The notes beneath the pieces are model-generated. The model was not told where the DNA came from, ran no database searches, and saw only the letters and a program-made list of their open reading frames with translations. A program made the translations under genes and the position numbers. From a virus (taxonomy: Duplodnaviria > Caudoviricetes), in the IMG/VR virus record IMGVR_UViG_2832928787_000001, positions 24,759 through 88,758 of that record: 64,000 bases of DNA; one strand, 5' to 3'. The first letter of the stretch is position 1, and every line of letters begins with the position of its first letter. Of this stretch, positions 48,256 through 58,648 are shown piece by piece.

Positions 48256-48632
48256 GCTGCAACCTCCCGTGCTAGTTGGCACCAATCATCCATTGTCATC
48301 GTGCAGCGGTGCCGGCCGCGCACCGGGAATGCGGCCGGGCTCACGTCGTGCAGGTCAACGTAGGCCACCCACGGCCGGCGGCTGGCGCGCCAGAACAGCA
48401 CCGGCCGGCAACCGGTCACCTCGGCCTGCTGCTGGGCCTGCCTCCAGTAGGCCTCAGCGAACACCTCGGTTCGTTTCGACTCGACCGCCCATCCCGGCAC
48501 ATCGATGTCGTGGCCACCATCCCGTGCGGCGCCGAGCCGGCGCTGAATGCTGATGCCCAGGCGCTCGGCCAGCAGACCGGCCAGCTCGCGTTCGCCTCTG
48601 GCGCCCTTGTCTCTGCTCATGCGTCCGGTCAT
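48252..48632 (-). CDS. PD-(D/E)XK Holliday-junction resolvase-like nuclease
   Basis: KGARGERE...DI...VESKR. Confidence 0.8.
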   Translation of the reverse strand: MTGRMSRDKGARGERELAGLLAERLGISIQRRLGAARDGGHDIDVPGWAVESKRTEVFAEAYWRQAQQQAEVTGCRPVLFWRASRRPWVAYVDLHDVSPAAFPVRGRHRCTMTMDDWCQLAREVAA

Positions 48633-49013
48633 GCGGCGTCATCCTCCCTGAACAGGCTGGGCAACTCGCGCCGCAGCCCTACGGTTACAGCATCGATCGC
48701 CCGCAGGCGCTTGTCCGGGTGTGCTGCACTCGGCTCGACCCGGGCGGCACGCTGCAGGCGGGCAATGGCCTCAGCCGGCAGCAGGGCGTGTGTCAGTTCA
48801 TTCGTGGTCATCCCCTGCCCCCATCCAGTTTTGCCACCCATGCCGCCCTGGCCGCGACCGTTTCGGCGTCGCATGCGATGTACCGCGCACAGACCAGCGC
48901 CAACTCTACAGACCGGTACCGGCCCGGATGGTCGCCGCTGCATTTGCCGAACCCGTGGCGGGCTATGCTGCCGGCGGCCTTGAGGTTGAATTCCTTGCAC
49001 TGCACGCATTTGT

Positions 49014-49292
49014 TCATGCCGGCACCACCAGTCCGCGTTCGGCCAGGCGCTCGATCGTCAGCACAATGGCGCGGTCCATGCGCTCCCGGCGCTCGTCGCG
49101 GGTCAGCGTGGTGCCGTTGTCGATTTCGTGGTGGCAGGATGGGCAGATCGCAGCAGTGAGCGCGTCGCTGACCTTGAGCCCCATGCCCTTGCCCTGATTC
49201 CGGTGAGCCACCTGCACGCCGAATGCGCCACACAGCACGCATTGCTCCAGTTGGCCGACGGCGGCGAGCCATTTGCGGGATCGGTAGGTCAT
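49014..49292 (-). CDS. DUF968-like zinc-binding nuclease protein
   Basis: YRSRKWLAAV..CVLCG...AH...CPSCH. Confidence 0.75.
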   Translation of the reverse strand: MTYRSRKWLAAVGQLEQCVLCGAFGVQVAHRNQGKGMGLKVSDALTAAICPSCHHEIDNGTTLTRDERRERMDRAIVLTIERLAERGLVVPA

Positions 49293-49735
49293 CGCGCCCA
49301 CTCCTGTTGCCATGCTGGCGCAGTGAACCGCACACCACGCTCCACCCCAAATGCCTGGATCAGCTCGATCATTTCGCCCATCTCCTGAATGCTCATGCGG
49401 CTGGTGCGAGCGCCCAGCACCACGAAACTGCCGGCGTCGACGCCCGGGACGACGCGCTGAACCCGGAGGCTGGCGCTCAGCACCTCCTTCCACTCTTCAG
49501 CCGCCAGCCGGTGCCCGTACCAGTCCACCTGCCGGCTGATGTCGGCCAGGTGAGCCCACATGCAGGCATTGGCCTGCAGGCTGCGGGTGTTGCGCTTCGG
49601 CTTCAGCGACAGTTCGAACGGCGTACCTGAATCAACGAGGTCTTTCGCCTTCTCCCAGAACCTGACGAATGCCCCGCGCACGTCGTCGCGCGGCGTCACG
49701 GTCTGTTCCAGCGGCTCGGTCAGCAGTTGGGTCAT
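49289..49735 (-). CDS. ninB: Recombination protein NinB
   Basis: RSLQANACMWAHLADISRQV...TSRMSIQEMGEMIELIQAFG. Confidence 0.85.
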   Translation of the reverse strand: MTQLLTEPLEQTVTPRDDVRGAFVRFWEKAKDLVDSGTPFELSLKPKRNTRSLQANACMWAHLADISRQVDWYGHRLAAEEWKEVLSASLRVQRVVPGVDAGSFVVLGARTSRMSIQEMGEMIELIQAFGVERGVRFTAPAWQQEWAR

Positions 49736-50052
49736 GCCGCAACTCCCGCAAACAGATCAACCTGCCCTGCCTCGGTCTCGTCCCACAGCAGCGCGGCCCG
49801 GTAGGTGTCGCATTCGACGCCGGTTGCGGGGTTCAGCCGCTTCTCGGCGACGATCACAGCACCTGCGGCGCGCAGCTCATCAAGCCGTCCACAGACGCTC
49901 GACTGGAACATGCCCAGGTTTCCGGCAACCTCAGCCCGCAGCAGCGGAACCCGGCTGCGGCGCAGCAGCGCGAGGATCTGCTCGCACTGTGTGCCGGCCC
50001 GGCCGCTGGCGCGGTGGTTGCGGTAGGCGTTGTTGCGTGTGGTGGTGGTCAT
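49732..50052 (-). CDS. Winged-HTH hypothetical protein
   Basis: AEVAGNLGMFQSSVCGRLDEL. Confidence 0.65.
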   Translation of the reverse strand: MTTTTRNNAYRNHRASGRAGTQCEQILALLRRSRVPLLRAEVAGNLGMFQSSVCGRLDELRAAGAVIVAEKRLNPATGVECDTYRAALLWDETEAGQVDLFAGVAA

Positions 50053-50804
50053 GCGGCCCTCCCGAGTTTTTCAGCAACCATGGACAGCTGCCGCTGGCGC
50101 TCTGCCTCGAATGCGGTCTGTTCCTGCCGCCGGCGCTCAGCAGCAGCGACCTCGCGCTCTGCTCGCCGGCGCTTGCCGGCCAGCAGCGTGGCCCGGGCCA
50201 GCTGCAGCCCGCCCTCATGCCCGGATGGCGAGGCAACCTTGCCGATCAGTGCGACCACCTCCGGCGCGGCATCCTGCGGCGGCATCAGCGCGGCCACCGT
50301 GGACGGGGCCAGCCGGCCAGTTCTGGCGGCGGACTCCAGTGCCACCTGGCGCAAGTCCTTGTCCCAGCCGAGAGACGCGGACCACCGGGCGGCCGTACCA
50401 CCGGCGCGGGCCGCAGCAATGATCCGGTTGTAGGCGTCACGGAACGCCATGCGGGCACCGATCTCGTCGCCGAGGTCCAGCACCGGCCGGCACACCGCAA
50501 ACGCCTCGGCGATCTCGTTGGTCCAGACCACGGTTTCCGCCTCGGGTTGCGAGCGAATGGCAATCGCCCACGCCTCGTCAGCCCCTGGCCGGCCGTCGGC
50601 GCCATTCAGCCGCTCAACGACAGCAGCCAGGGTCAGGCGCCCGGTCAGCTCCCGACGGCAGCGGTCCAGCGCAGTCAGGACGGCGGCCAGCGGGTACGTC
50701 ATCAGGTCGTCGACCATCGTCGCCAGCGCTCCGTCCGACAGTTGCGTGCCTGTCAGCTCAGCGGCCACAGTGACCGCCTGCAGGATTTGCTCATGCGGCA
50801 GCAT
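50049..50804 (-). CDS. Replication accessory protein (P-like position)
   Basis: Coupled downstream of the initiator; RPGADEAWA motif. Confidence 0.6.
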   Translation of the reverse strand: MLPHEQILQAVTVAAELTGTQLSDGALATMVDDLMTYPLAAVLTALDRCRRELTGRLTLAAVVERLNGADGRPGADEAWAIAIRSQPEAETVVWTNEIAEAFAVCRPVLDLGDEIGARMAFRDAYNRIIAAARAGGTAARWSASLGWDKDLRQVALESAARTGRLAPSTVAALMPPQDAAPEVVALIGKVASPSGHEGGLQLARATLLAGKRRRAEREVAAAERRRQEQTAFEAERQRQLSMVAEKLGRAA

Positions 50805-51654
50805 TCATGCCTCCGTATTTGGCGTTCAGCATGTCGAGTGCCGAGCGATGGGATTCGAGGTTTGATTGCGTGCGGTCGGCCTGCATGGCGGCGGTTTGCG
50901 TCACCCGACGACCGGTCTGCCATTCGGTGTGCAATTTCTCGGCATCCGACAGCAGGCAGTCGACGACGTGGCAGCGACCGACGTAGTAGGCGCTGTTGTG
51001 GTCGACGTAGAACCGGGCCACGTCAGGCGCGGCATTCCCGAGGCGCAGCACCAGCTGCTTGATCTGGCCGTTGACCTTGGCATTGCGAACGGGATCAGCC
51101 TGGTATCGCATCCGGTAGGCAACGGCGTAGGCCTTCCAGGTCTCCACGTTCAGCGGGTTCGGGTCGGCTTTGGCGGAGGGCTTCGACTTGGCGGGGAGCG
51201 TCGTGGGAACCACGTCGGCACCTAGTGATGGTTCAGACTGGTGGTTCAATGACGGTTCCTCCTTATACGAATGTGACACCGTGTCACTTTCAAGCGTCGC
51301 AGTTGTCACATTCGGGGGTGACACCGTGTCACATGCCAAATTGTCATGTGCCAAATTGGCATGTGACAGGTTGTCACTTTCCGGTTTGAACTGGTCCAGG
51401 GTCAGGGTGTAGCGATTCGACCGGCGGGCGTTGCCGGTTTGGCGCCGCTCGGAATGCAGTGCGCCGCGGGCCTCCAGCCAGTCGATCATCCGGATCACAT
51501 TGCGATTCGACATGCTGCATTTGCTCGCCAGCTCGGTCTGGCCGGGCCAGCACTCGCCGTCATCATTGGCACGGTCGGCCAGTGCCAGCAGTACCATTTT
51601 CTGGCTGGTCGGGATCGGCATTGACCATGCCCGGGACATCAGGTGGATGCTCAC
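50791..51654 (-). CDS. Replication initiator (O-like, N-terminal HTH)
   Basis: KMVLLALADRANDDGECWP..ELA; internal iterons. Confidence 0.85.
   Translation of the reverse strand: MSIHLMSRAWSMPIPTSQKMVLLALADRANDDGECWPGQTELASKCSMSNRNVIRMIDWLEARGALHSERRQTGNARRSNRYTLTLDQFKPESDNLSHANLAHDNLACDTVSPPNVTTATLESDTVSHSYKEEPSLNHQSEPSLGADVVPTTLPAKSKPSAKADPNPLNVETWKAYAVAYRMRYQADPVRNAKVNGQIKQLVLRLGNAAPDVARFYVDHNSAYYVGRCHVVDCLLSDAEKLHTEWQTGRRVTQTAAMQADRTQSNLESHRSALDMLNAKYGGMNAAA
51271..51377. repeat. Origin iterons inside the initiator gene
   Basis: GTGACA-N3-TGTCAC-type palindromes x3 plus TGCCAAATTG x2. Confidence 0.7.
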
Positions 51655-51657
51655 GCC

Positions 51658-52137
51658 CTACTCCTCCACCGCGTCACAGAACGCTGTCAGCTCGGGCAAT
51701 AGCGGGCGCAGCAGGTTGGCAATCTCCCGGTGCTCGCGGCGGTCCACGCGGCCATCAGCCACGGCCTCGGATTTGGCCCGGATCACATCGGCCAGCTCAC
51801 CGATCTGGCGCAGACAGAACGCTGCGCGATCGGCCTCGGTCATGCCCTGCTCGCTGAAATCGACTCGGTCACTGCCGTAGCCGGACAGGACGTTCTGCGC
51901 ATAGCCGGCGCGCAGGGTCTCCAGCATGTCGAGAATGTCTTTTGCCGTCGGCGAATGCCCGAGGTCATCAGGGTTAAATCGACCGGATAGCACCACATGC
52001 GCATTCACCCCAGTCCGCCCCATTTCGCTGGCCAGCGCGGGGTAACCGCCAGGGTGACGTCTGACGTCTTTGCGAAACGCGACGAACAGCGCCCGGTGAA
52101 CGACTTTGACGTGCTGCTCAGATTTCGGTTTTTCCAT
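51658..52137 (-). CDS. CII-like regulatory protein
   Basis: HPGGYPALA...ADGRVDRRE. Confidence 0.7.
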   Translation of the reverse strand: MEKPKSEQHVKVVHRALFVAFRKDVRRHPGGYPALASEMGRTGVNAHVVLSGRFNPDDLGHSPTAKDILDMLETLRAGYAQNVLSGYGSDRVDFSEQGMTEADRAAFCLRQIGELADVIRAKSEAVADGRVDRREHREIANLLRPLLPELTAFCDAVEE

Positions 52138-52173
52138 GATTTTGCTAAACCTTTGTCATAGCGCCGGGGGCGG

Positions 52174-52392
52174 TTACGATGCAGTGATGCTCTTCTCTGC
52201 GGCTTCGTAGGCAGCAAGCAGGCGCGCGAGCGGCAGTTTTGTTGCCTCGGAAACGCGTCGGCAGCGCTTGGGTGGGACGAACCCTTTCGCAACCCACTGC
52301 TGCACTGCCTGCGGGCTTACCCCGATTTTTTTTGCCAGATCAGACTGGCTGCCGCCGGCTCGGTCGACGGCCTCTTGTGCGATGTTGGTCAT
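52174..52392 (-). CDS. cro: Cro-like repressor
   Basis: GSQSDLAKKIGVSPQAVQQW. Confidence 0.88.
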   Translation of the reverse strand: MTNIAQEAVDRAGGSQSDLAKKIGVSPQAVQQWVAKGFVPPKRCRRVSEATKLPLARLLAAYEAAEKSITAS

Positions 52393-52417
52393 CTGACCCT
52401 CCTATTGGGAGCAGATT

Positions 52418-52477
52418 ACAAGATCGTCTTTCAATAAACAAGTATTTCTTGCAGTGAGGATGACAAGCTGCGCTTGT
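52418..52477. promoter_or_regulatory. Three operators ACAAG-N5-CTTGY between cro and cI
   Basis: Copies at 52418 (degenerate), 52438 and 52463. Confidence 0.8.
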
Positions 52478-52488
52478 AGAATTGCTCT

Positions 52489-53157
52489 ATGGATACCATC
52501 GGCTCACGCATTCGACAGGCCCGGGAAAAACTTGGCCTCTCGCAAACGGACATTGCTCACACCCTGAAAATCACCCCTCAGGCCGTTCAGCAATGGGAGG
52601 ACGGCAAGACCGCCCCGAGAGGCGCGCGCCTGGACGCTCTTGCAACGTACCTTGGCACGTCAAAGGCGTGGCTGTCGTTTGGCGACGAGAAGTCAATGCC
52701 GCCGGCAGCCAACTTCAGAGTGATTGACGACAATGATGACCTCGATCCCCTGTGCTACGTGAAGATCGAGCGGTTCAATGTGAAGCTGTCAGCAGGAAAC
52801 GGGACCGTTGAATGGATCCCGGAGAAGCTGGACCCACTAGTGTTTCGCCGGGCATGGTTCAGCAAGAAGGGCTTCCCCATCGAGCACTGCAAGGCGATGT
52901 ATGTCCGTGGAGACAGCATGATGCCGATGCTGATGGACTGGGACACAATCCTCATCGACACCAGCGACACGGAGCTGGTCGAGGGCGAGGTGTTCGCGGT
53001 TGCGTTCAAGGGGAAGCTGTACGTGAAGCAGATCGCCCATTACGAGGACGGGATCAAGCTGGTCAGCCTGAACGAGCGATACGACCCAGTCGTCGTCCCT
53101 GATGCCGAGGCAGAGCGGTTCAAGTGCCTGGGGCGCATGGTCTGGCGCGGAGGCTAG
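52489..53157 (+). CDS. cI: CI repressor (HTH + S24 peptidase)
   Basis: LSQTDIAHTLKITPQAVQQWE; GDSM and VK motifs. Confidence 0.93.
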   Translation: MDTIGSRIRQAREKLGLSQTDIAHTLKITPQAVQQWEDGKTAPRGARLDALATYLGTSKAWLSFGDEKSMPPAANFRVIDDNDDLDPLCYVKIERFNVKLSAGNGTVEWIPEKLDPLVFRRAWFSKKGFPIEHCKAMYVRGDSMMPMLMDWDTILIDTSDTELVEGEVFAVAFKGKLYVKQIAHYEDGIKLVSLNERYDPVVVPDAEAERFKCLGRMVWRGG

Positions 53158-53351
53158 CGGCCTGGCTTACGCTACCTAAGCCCCACCCTCCGTGGGGCTT
53201 TTTCACGCCCGCCGTTCTGGTCACCCCTTCCCCACCCATCAACAGCCCGCTATGCGCGGGCTTTGTTGCGTCTAGACCAACGCCGTTGCACTTCATTGCC
53301 TTCGGCTATCAGTTACGTCGTTTTAATTTAAAGTATTTCTTTAAATGAATA

Positions 53352-53392
53352 ACAAGTTTAACTTGCTTAAATACAAGAAACACTTGTATATT
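53352..53392 (+). promoter_or_regulatory. Early (pL-like) promoter with operators
   Basis: TTGCTT-N18-TATATT; ACAAG-N5-CTTG at 53352 and 53373. Confidence 0.7.
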
Positions 53393-53400
53393 TACCTCAC

Positions 53401-53663
53401 ACCACGGCAACACACCGTGGACCCACACCGACGTGGAAGTGAAGGCTCCGGGGGGCAGGCAAGGCCCGGCGGCAGGAAGCGAAAGAATGCGTCGGTTCAG
53501 CGGATGAAGCGTGGAGAGCGCGGACGCGGGGTGCCAGTCAAGGGCGGATGAGTAGCCGCCGCCCTCGCAAAGCCGCCACAGGGTGCGGTGCTGGTTGTGC
53601 TGATCTTTCGGAGCGGCTTCACCCGAGGCCGATCACCAAAGCCCCGTGACAGGCGGTTTTGGT
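53401..53663 (+). ncRNA. Candidate structured early leader RNA
   Basis: Series of hairpins sharing its 5' end, loop words and terminal double hairpin with the prophage 1 leader/repeat. Confidence 0.45.
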
Positions 53664-53696
53664 GAATGAACACCGGCATGGCCGGGAGGGGGAATT

Positions 53697-53993
53697 GTGA
53701 AGACCTACAAGCGCGGGCGCACATCGTCCGAGTTCATTGCCGCAGCACAGGCTGCCGGGATGGAGATCGAAACCACAAACTACAACCTCGGCGGCGACTG
53801 GATCACGGCGCACGGCACGCTGGAGAGTGTGAAGATCCGCATGCTGTTCAATGTCTGCACCGCGGCAGTCATCGGGAATTACGGCGGGGACGGCCGACCA
53901 TTCGCCACAGAAGACGGCTCGCATGATGGCGAGCCGTGGTTTGACGCGGTGCTTGATCTGGCAATGACCAACGAGCCGCCACAGAGGACGTGA
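53697..53993 (+). CDS. Hypothetical early protein
   Basis: GGAGG RBS, GTG start. Confidence 0.6.
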   Translation: MKTYKRGRTSSEFIAAAQAAGMEIETTNYNLGGDWITAHGTLESVKIRMLFNVCTAAVIGNYGGDGRPFATEDGSHDGEPWFDAVLDLAMTNEPPQRT

Positions 53994-54085
53994 GTCGGAA
54001 CGGCCTGTCGTTCCACATGTTCAACGTCAGCCCGGCAAATCTGCAGACACTGCACGCCGGGCTGCTTGATCAAGGAAGCAAGGAC

Positions 54086-54289
54086 TCAGCCCTTCGTAGC
54101 CCCTGACAGGAACCCGGCAAAAAGGCGCTCGCTCAAGGCCTTGGTGATTTCGTGGATCTCTTCAGGATGAAGGACATGCCCGCAGCCAACGCAGGCGTAG
54201 CTGTCCGGCCCTTCGCTTGTCTCGGCGTACTTGAGCTTATCGCCAGTGCATTCAGGGCAAGTGATGGGGGTGTTGATAGGAGTAGTCAT
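54086..54289 (-). CDS. Small zinc-ribbon protein
   Basis: CPEC...CVGC. Confidence 0.55.
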   Translation of the reverse strand: MTTPINTPITCPECTGDKLKYAETSEGPDSYACVGCGHVLHPEEIHEITKALSERLFAGFLSGATKG

Positions 54290-54400
54290 GAGCATTTCTC
54301 CCAATGATTAGTTAGATGGCATTGCTCATTTTATGCATCATGACGAAAATTTCTATCCGAATTTTCTGCCGCTGGTAAATTTTTTTCTCAAAGGATAGGC

Positions 54401-54637
54401 ATGTCAGAACAACGATTCCCGATCCCATTCGCGACTGTTGATGATGCCGTTGCATCGGCACAGGTGGTTGAAAGCCTGGTTGCAGATATGGACAAGGGGC
54501 GGTGGGAATTTCTGGTAGAGCCGTGGACGCGGGTCCGAGCCGGTGCCCACGTCGTCATCCCCTACTCAGCCTGGATGAAGATCGAGGCCGAGCTGAGACG
54601 CGGGCACAAAAACGGAAAGGCCCCGACTGCTGAGTAG
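54401..54637 (+). CDS. Hypothetical protein
   Basis: AAGGA RBS. Confidence 0.55.
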   Translation: MSEQRFPIPFATVDDAVASAQVVESLVADMDKGRWEFLVEPWTRVRAGAHVVIPYSAWMKIEAELRRGHKNGKAPTAE

Positions 54638-55605
54638 CAGCTGAGGCCTTCCCGGTCCCTACGGATGAGCTTTGCTTTCAACGCAGGGGCAATTTCAATA
54701 TAGCAGCACCGCTTTGTGGTGCAAGGTAAAGCAGTGCTGCTGAAAACGGGAAGGCCCCCGGGCATGCGTACCAGGGGCCTTCAGCCACTCCGGACCATCC
54801 GGCAGGGCTACGATGAATGTAGGAAACACTTAGTAACAATTCAAGAAATTGCCCGGCCCTGCGCCGGGCTTTCTCATTTAGGAGACCAACATGGTCATGA
54901 CCGAACTGGACGACGCCACGGTGCTGCGGCTCCGTGCTCAGGGCTATCGCGCGAAATGCATCATCCGGCGCGGCATGACCCTGTTTTTCATCTACCGCTG
55001 GAGGATGTGATGGGACCGATCCGCCGCCGCATTTTCACCCGCGACCCGGCCGACACACCGCTGGCCTTTGCCTGCGATGTTGCTCTCACCACGCTGGGCG
55101 CCCTGTTCTACGCCGCTGCTGCTGCCACTCTGGCCGCCATCTGCTACGACGCCGTGCCGCTGGACCTGCTGTGGAGGCTGCTGCCATGAGAATGATCGAG
55201 GCCCCTCTGGGTGTCGCCTGGCACTCGAACGACCCACGGTTGGGCACCGACCCGTGCCGGCAGGACGAGGCCGACGATCTGACCACGGCTGCCGACATGG
55301 CAGTGGCCGACATTGAGGCCGCTGCCGCCCTGGTGCGCTGCGGGCGGTTTGCCGAGGCCCGGCAAGCGCTGATCGACTCGGCGCACGGCCTGATGAGCAG
55401 CCTGCAATGAGGGCACCTCTCACACAGCGCCAACTGCAGGACTACATCCACCGGGCGCGGGAACGACGGGCGTCAGATGCCGGCGGGCCAGCACGCGGGA
55501 ACGAATACGACCGACGCCGGGCTGATGCTCGGCGTTTTCGCGAGGACACGGAAGAGCTGGTTTTGGCCGTGTTCGGGCCGAAACATCACTGAACAGAGGA
55601 ACACC

Positions 55606-56562
55606 ATGACCACGATGGACCGCGCCGAATGGCTGGCGCTTCGCAACACCGGCATTGGCGGCTCTGACGCCGGCACCGTACTCGGCGTCAACCCCTACAA
55701 GCAACCGCTGCAGCTCTACCACGAGAAGCGGGGCGAACTGGAGCCTGATGATCTGAGCGACAACGAAGCGGTGCATTTTGGCAATGCGCTGGAGGACGTC
55801 GTCGCGGCTGAGTTTTCGCAGCGCACCGGCCTCAAGGTCCAGCGGCACAACGACATGCTCCGCCACCCTGAGCATTCGTTCATGATCGCCAATCTGGACC
55901 GGCTGGTGTGGGATGGCGACAAGAAGCCGGCGCACAGAGGCGAGATCAGAACCAAGGCCCTGCTGGAATGCAAAACCGCGCTCGGCCGCTTTACCGACAA
56001 ATCGGCGTGGGGCCCGGATGGAACCGACGAGGTGCCGGAGTCATATTTCATGCAGTGCCAGCACTACATGGCCGTGGCTACCGCTGACCTCTGCTATCTG
56101 GCCGTCCTCATGGCTGGTCCGGAGTTCCGGATCTACACGATCACACGCGACGAGGAAATCATCGAAGTGATGATCGAGCGTGAGCGCGAATTCTGGAACG
56201 CCATCCAGGGCGGCACGCCACCAGGTCTGGATTACGAACACCGGACGACGCCCGACCTGCTCTCCCGCCTATATCCGGGCTCCGACGGTACAGCTATCGA
56301 CCTACCGGAATCCGCCGCGCACTGGCATGCGGTCCTGCAGGAGGCCAAAGGGCTGGAAGCCGAGTATGGCAAGCAAGCCGAGATCGCAAAAAACCACCTG
56401 CGGCGCCTGGCCGGGGCCAGCGCAATCGCTCGCCTGCCGGACGGTACGGCCTACACACGCAAGATCGTGAAGCGGAAGGGATACGAGGTCGGTGACGCCG
56501 AGTATGTGGACTTCCGGTTTACCAAGAAACCGAAGGGCGGTGATGACACCGCTGAGCAATAA
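55606..56562 (+). CDS. YqaJ-family phage exonuclease
   Basis: WLALRNTGIGGSD, ANLDR, LECKT, QCQHYM. Confidence 0.92.
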   Translation: MTTMDRAEWLALRNTGIGGSDAGTVLGVNPYKQPLQLYHEKRGELEPDDLSDNEAVHFGNALEDVVAAEFSQRTGLKVQRHNDMLRHPEHSFMIANLDRLVWDGDKKPAHRGEIRTKALLECKTALGRFTDKSAWGPDGTDEVPESYFMQCQHYMAVATADLCYLAVLMAGPEFRIYTITRDEEIIEVMIEREREFWNAIQGGTPPGLDYEHRTTPDLLSRLYPGSDGTAIDLPESAAHWHAVLQEAKGLEAEYGKQAEIAKNHLRRLAGASAIARLPDGTAYTRKIVKRKGYEVGDAEYVDFRFTKKPKGGDDTAEQ

Positions 56563-56572
56563 GGGGAACACC

Positions 56573-57550
56573 ATGAACGAAATCGCCCTCGGCGGTGGCA
56601 GCTTTGACCTGTCGCCCAAGAGCCTGGAAGAAGCGATGAAGCTCGCCGAGCTGCTGTCCGACTCGACCATTGTTCCGAAGGACTATCAGGGCCGACCCGG
56701 CAATGTTCTGGTCGCCGTGCAGTGGGGCATGGAAATCGGCCTCAAGCCGATGCAGGCCATGCAGAACATCGCCGTCATCAACGGCCGGCCGAGTCTGTGG
56801 GGCGACGCCATGTTGGCGCTGGTACGCAGCTCCCCCCTGTGCGAGTACGTCTACGAGTCAGACGATGGGGAAACGGCGACCTGCCGAGTGAAGCGTGTCG
56901 GCGAGGATGAGCAGGTCCGGACGTTCGGCATGGAAGATGCCAAAACGGCAGGATTGACTGGCAAGGCGGGCCCATGGTCCCAGTACCCGAAGCGCATGCG
57001 CCAAATGCGCGCACGCGGGTTTGCTCTGCGCGACGTGTTCCCGGATGTGCTCAAGGGCATGGCATCCGCCGAAGAAGTACGGGACACCGCAGCGGAAAAG
57101 GATGTAACGCCGGATGGCACCACCAGTGAGCCGCAGCGCACCAGCAGCCGAGCCGATGCACTGCGGAAGAAGCTGGGCACCGGCTCGACACAGAAGGCGT
57201 TGCCGAGCCAGCAATTCACGGCGGCAATGGATGCCATCGCCCTGGCCGCATGCGGTGCAGACATGCAGCGCGCCAAGCTGCTGGCCTCGCAAATCACCGA
57301 CGAGAAAGAGGTCGCGCTGGCGCTCAGCGCCTATCAGTCCAGGGTGACCGAACTGCGCGCTCGCGCATCAACGGTCGATGGCGAGACCGGGCAGGTCGTC
57401 GAATCGCTTGACAACCTGGTAGCCGAGGCTGCCCGCGCCGCATCTGCTGACGATCTGGACCTGATTGCCGACCGTGGCCGGTCACTGCCTGACGATGAGG
57501 CGTCCGTGCTGGCCGATGCCATTGCTGAACGCCGCAGTGAAATGGAGTGA
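56573..57550 (+). CDS. RecT-like single-strand annealing protein
   Basis: GLKPMQAMQNIAVINGRPSLWGD, PWSQYPKRM; adjacent to the YqaJ gene. Confidence 0.8.
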   Translation: MNEIALGGGSFDLSPKSLEEAMKLAELLSDSTIVPKDYQGRPGNVLVAVQWGMEIGLKPMQAMQNIAVINGRPSLWGDAMLALVRSSPLCEYVYESDDGETATCRVKRVGEDEQVRTFGMEDAKTAGLTGKAGPWSQYPKRMRQMRARGFALRDVFPDVLKGMASAEEVRDTAAEKDVTPDGTTSEPQRTSSRADALRKKLGTGSTQKALPSQQFTAAMDAIALAACGADMQRAKLLASQITDEKEVALALSAYQSRVTELRARASTVDGETGQVVESLDNLVAEAARAASADDLDLIADRGRSLPDDEASVLADAIAERRSEME

Positions 57551-57552
57551 TC

Positions 57553-57690
57553 ATGCCCGCCCCCATAGACCTGACTGGCCAGCAATTCGGCCGACTGACC
57601 GCCCTCCGCCGCGATGGCCACGACACCAGCGGCAAAACGCTGTGGCTGTTCTCCTGCTCATGCGGCGGATTGGTGCGCATCGCAGCCTAA
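57553..57690 (+). pseudogene. Truncated HNH/AP2-associated gene, cut at the attC core
   Basis: MPAPIDLTGQQFGRLT...WLFSCSCGG..RIAA*; the stop lies inside GCCTAAC; homolog 16857-17198 is longer. Confidence 0.7.
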
Positions 57691-57772
57691 CGTTTTAGGT
57701 AAGTGGAACCGAAGCGCAGTGAAGGGGACCAAAAGTATAGCTTTTGGCGTCCGATTGACTGAATTGTTATAC
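57685..57772 (-). other. attC: Integron attC site
   Basis: GTATAAC-aattcagtcaatcggacgccaaaagctatacttttgg...ttccacttacctaaaac-GTTAGGC; overlaps the stop of 57767-58648. Confidence 0.85.
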
Positions 57773-58648
57773 CCATGGCAGACCGGTTAGTTTGGCTGAT
57801 GTTCCAAGTCCTTGCTGGATTCTTGTAAGTACCCGCCTATCGAGTGTTACTCCTGAACCTTTTTGCATTCCATCAAGATAGTTTGCTGCTGCATCAACTA
57901 GCCATTTTGTAAAATCTTCGGCTTCTTTTTTCAAAAACATTTTAACGGAAGTTCCAAAACAATCCTTGTCAGGATCTACAATTTTACCAGCCTCTGCTTG
58001 TAGGCCAAGCATCTTGAATTTTGCCTGATCGCTACGAGTTATTAATCCATAATTGTGCGACAAGGTATGCCTGATTTGAAAAACAGCCTGAAGCTTAATG
58101 TTTTTGCTAGCTAACGGTGATTTTAGATTTGATTTGTTGTATCTTTTGTCTTGAACTATAGATTGAGTCGCAGCGTCGATGCTGTCTAAATCATGATATA
58201 ACTGGTGTTCGAAAATCAGTTCGGAAATTGATATTTTTCCCGATACCGACCAAAGAACTTTAGAATCTACAGCACCCTTTATCCTTTCTGGCGGAACATA
58301 GTTTCTAAGGGCTTTGGCTAGATTTATAGCCGATTGTTTGTAAAAAACTTCAAACGCATTGATCGCCTCCAGTAAAGAATTTTGCTCGGCGTACCACTTG
58401 TATTTTCTGTATGTTAAATCCTTTGGTGATCTCTCACCTGCGGCCCTTTTTAATTTAATTAGCGTGCTGTGCCGGCTTTCAATCCACTGAATATAATTTA
58501 TTTGATTATTAAGGACTTCTTTAAATTTCTCCAGTGCCGTAGCTGATGTGGCCTTTGCAAGGTGTTTTATTTCTGCATTGTCAGCAGACTCAACCTTGTT
58601 GCGTTTTTCGAATAATTTAATGTTCTTTGAGCCAGTGGTTCGTGTCAT
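57767..58648 (-). CDS. Integron cassette gene: HEPN-domain protein
   Basis: AT-rich; upstream FE motif and IRHTLSHNYG (RxxxxH); cassette starts GCTATACCC, pairing with R'' GGGTATAAC. Confidence 0.8.
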   Translation of the reverse strand: MTRTTGSKNIKLFEKRNKVESADNAEIKHLAKATSATALEKFKEVLNNQINYIQWIESRHSTLIKLKRAAGERSPKDLTYRKYKWYAEQNSLLEAINAFEVFYKQSAINLAKALRNYVPPERIKGAVDSKVLWSVSGKISISELIFEHQLYHDLDSIDAATQSIVQDKRYNKSNLKSPLASKNIKLQAVFQIRHTLSHNYGLITRSDQAKFKMLGLQAEAGKIVDPDKDCFGTSVKMFLKKEAEDFTKWLVDAAANYLDGMQKGSGVTLDRRVLTRIQQGLGTSAKLTGLPWV

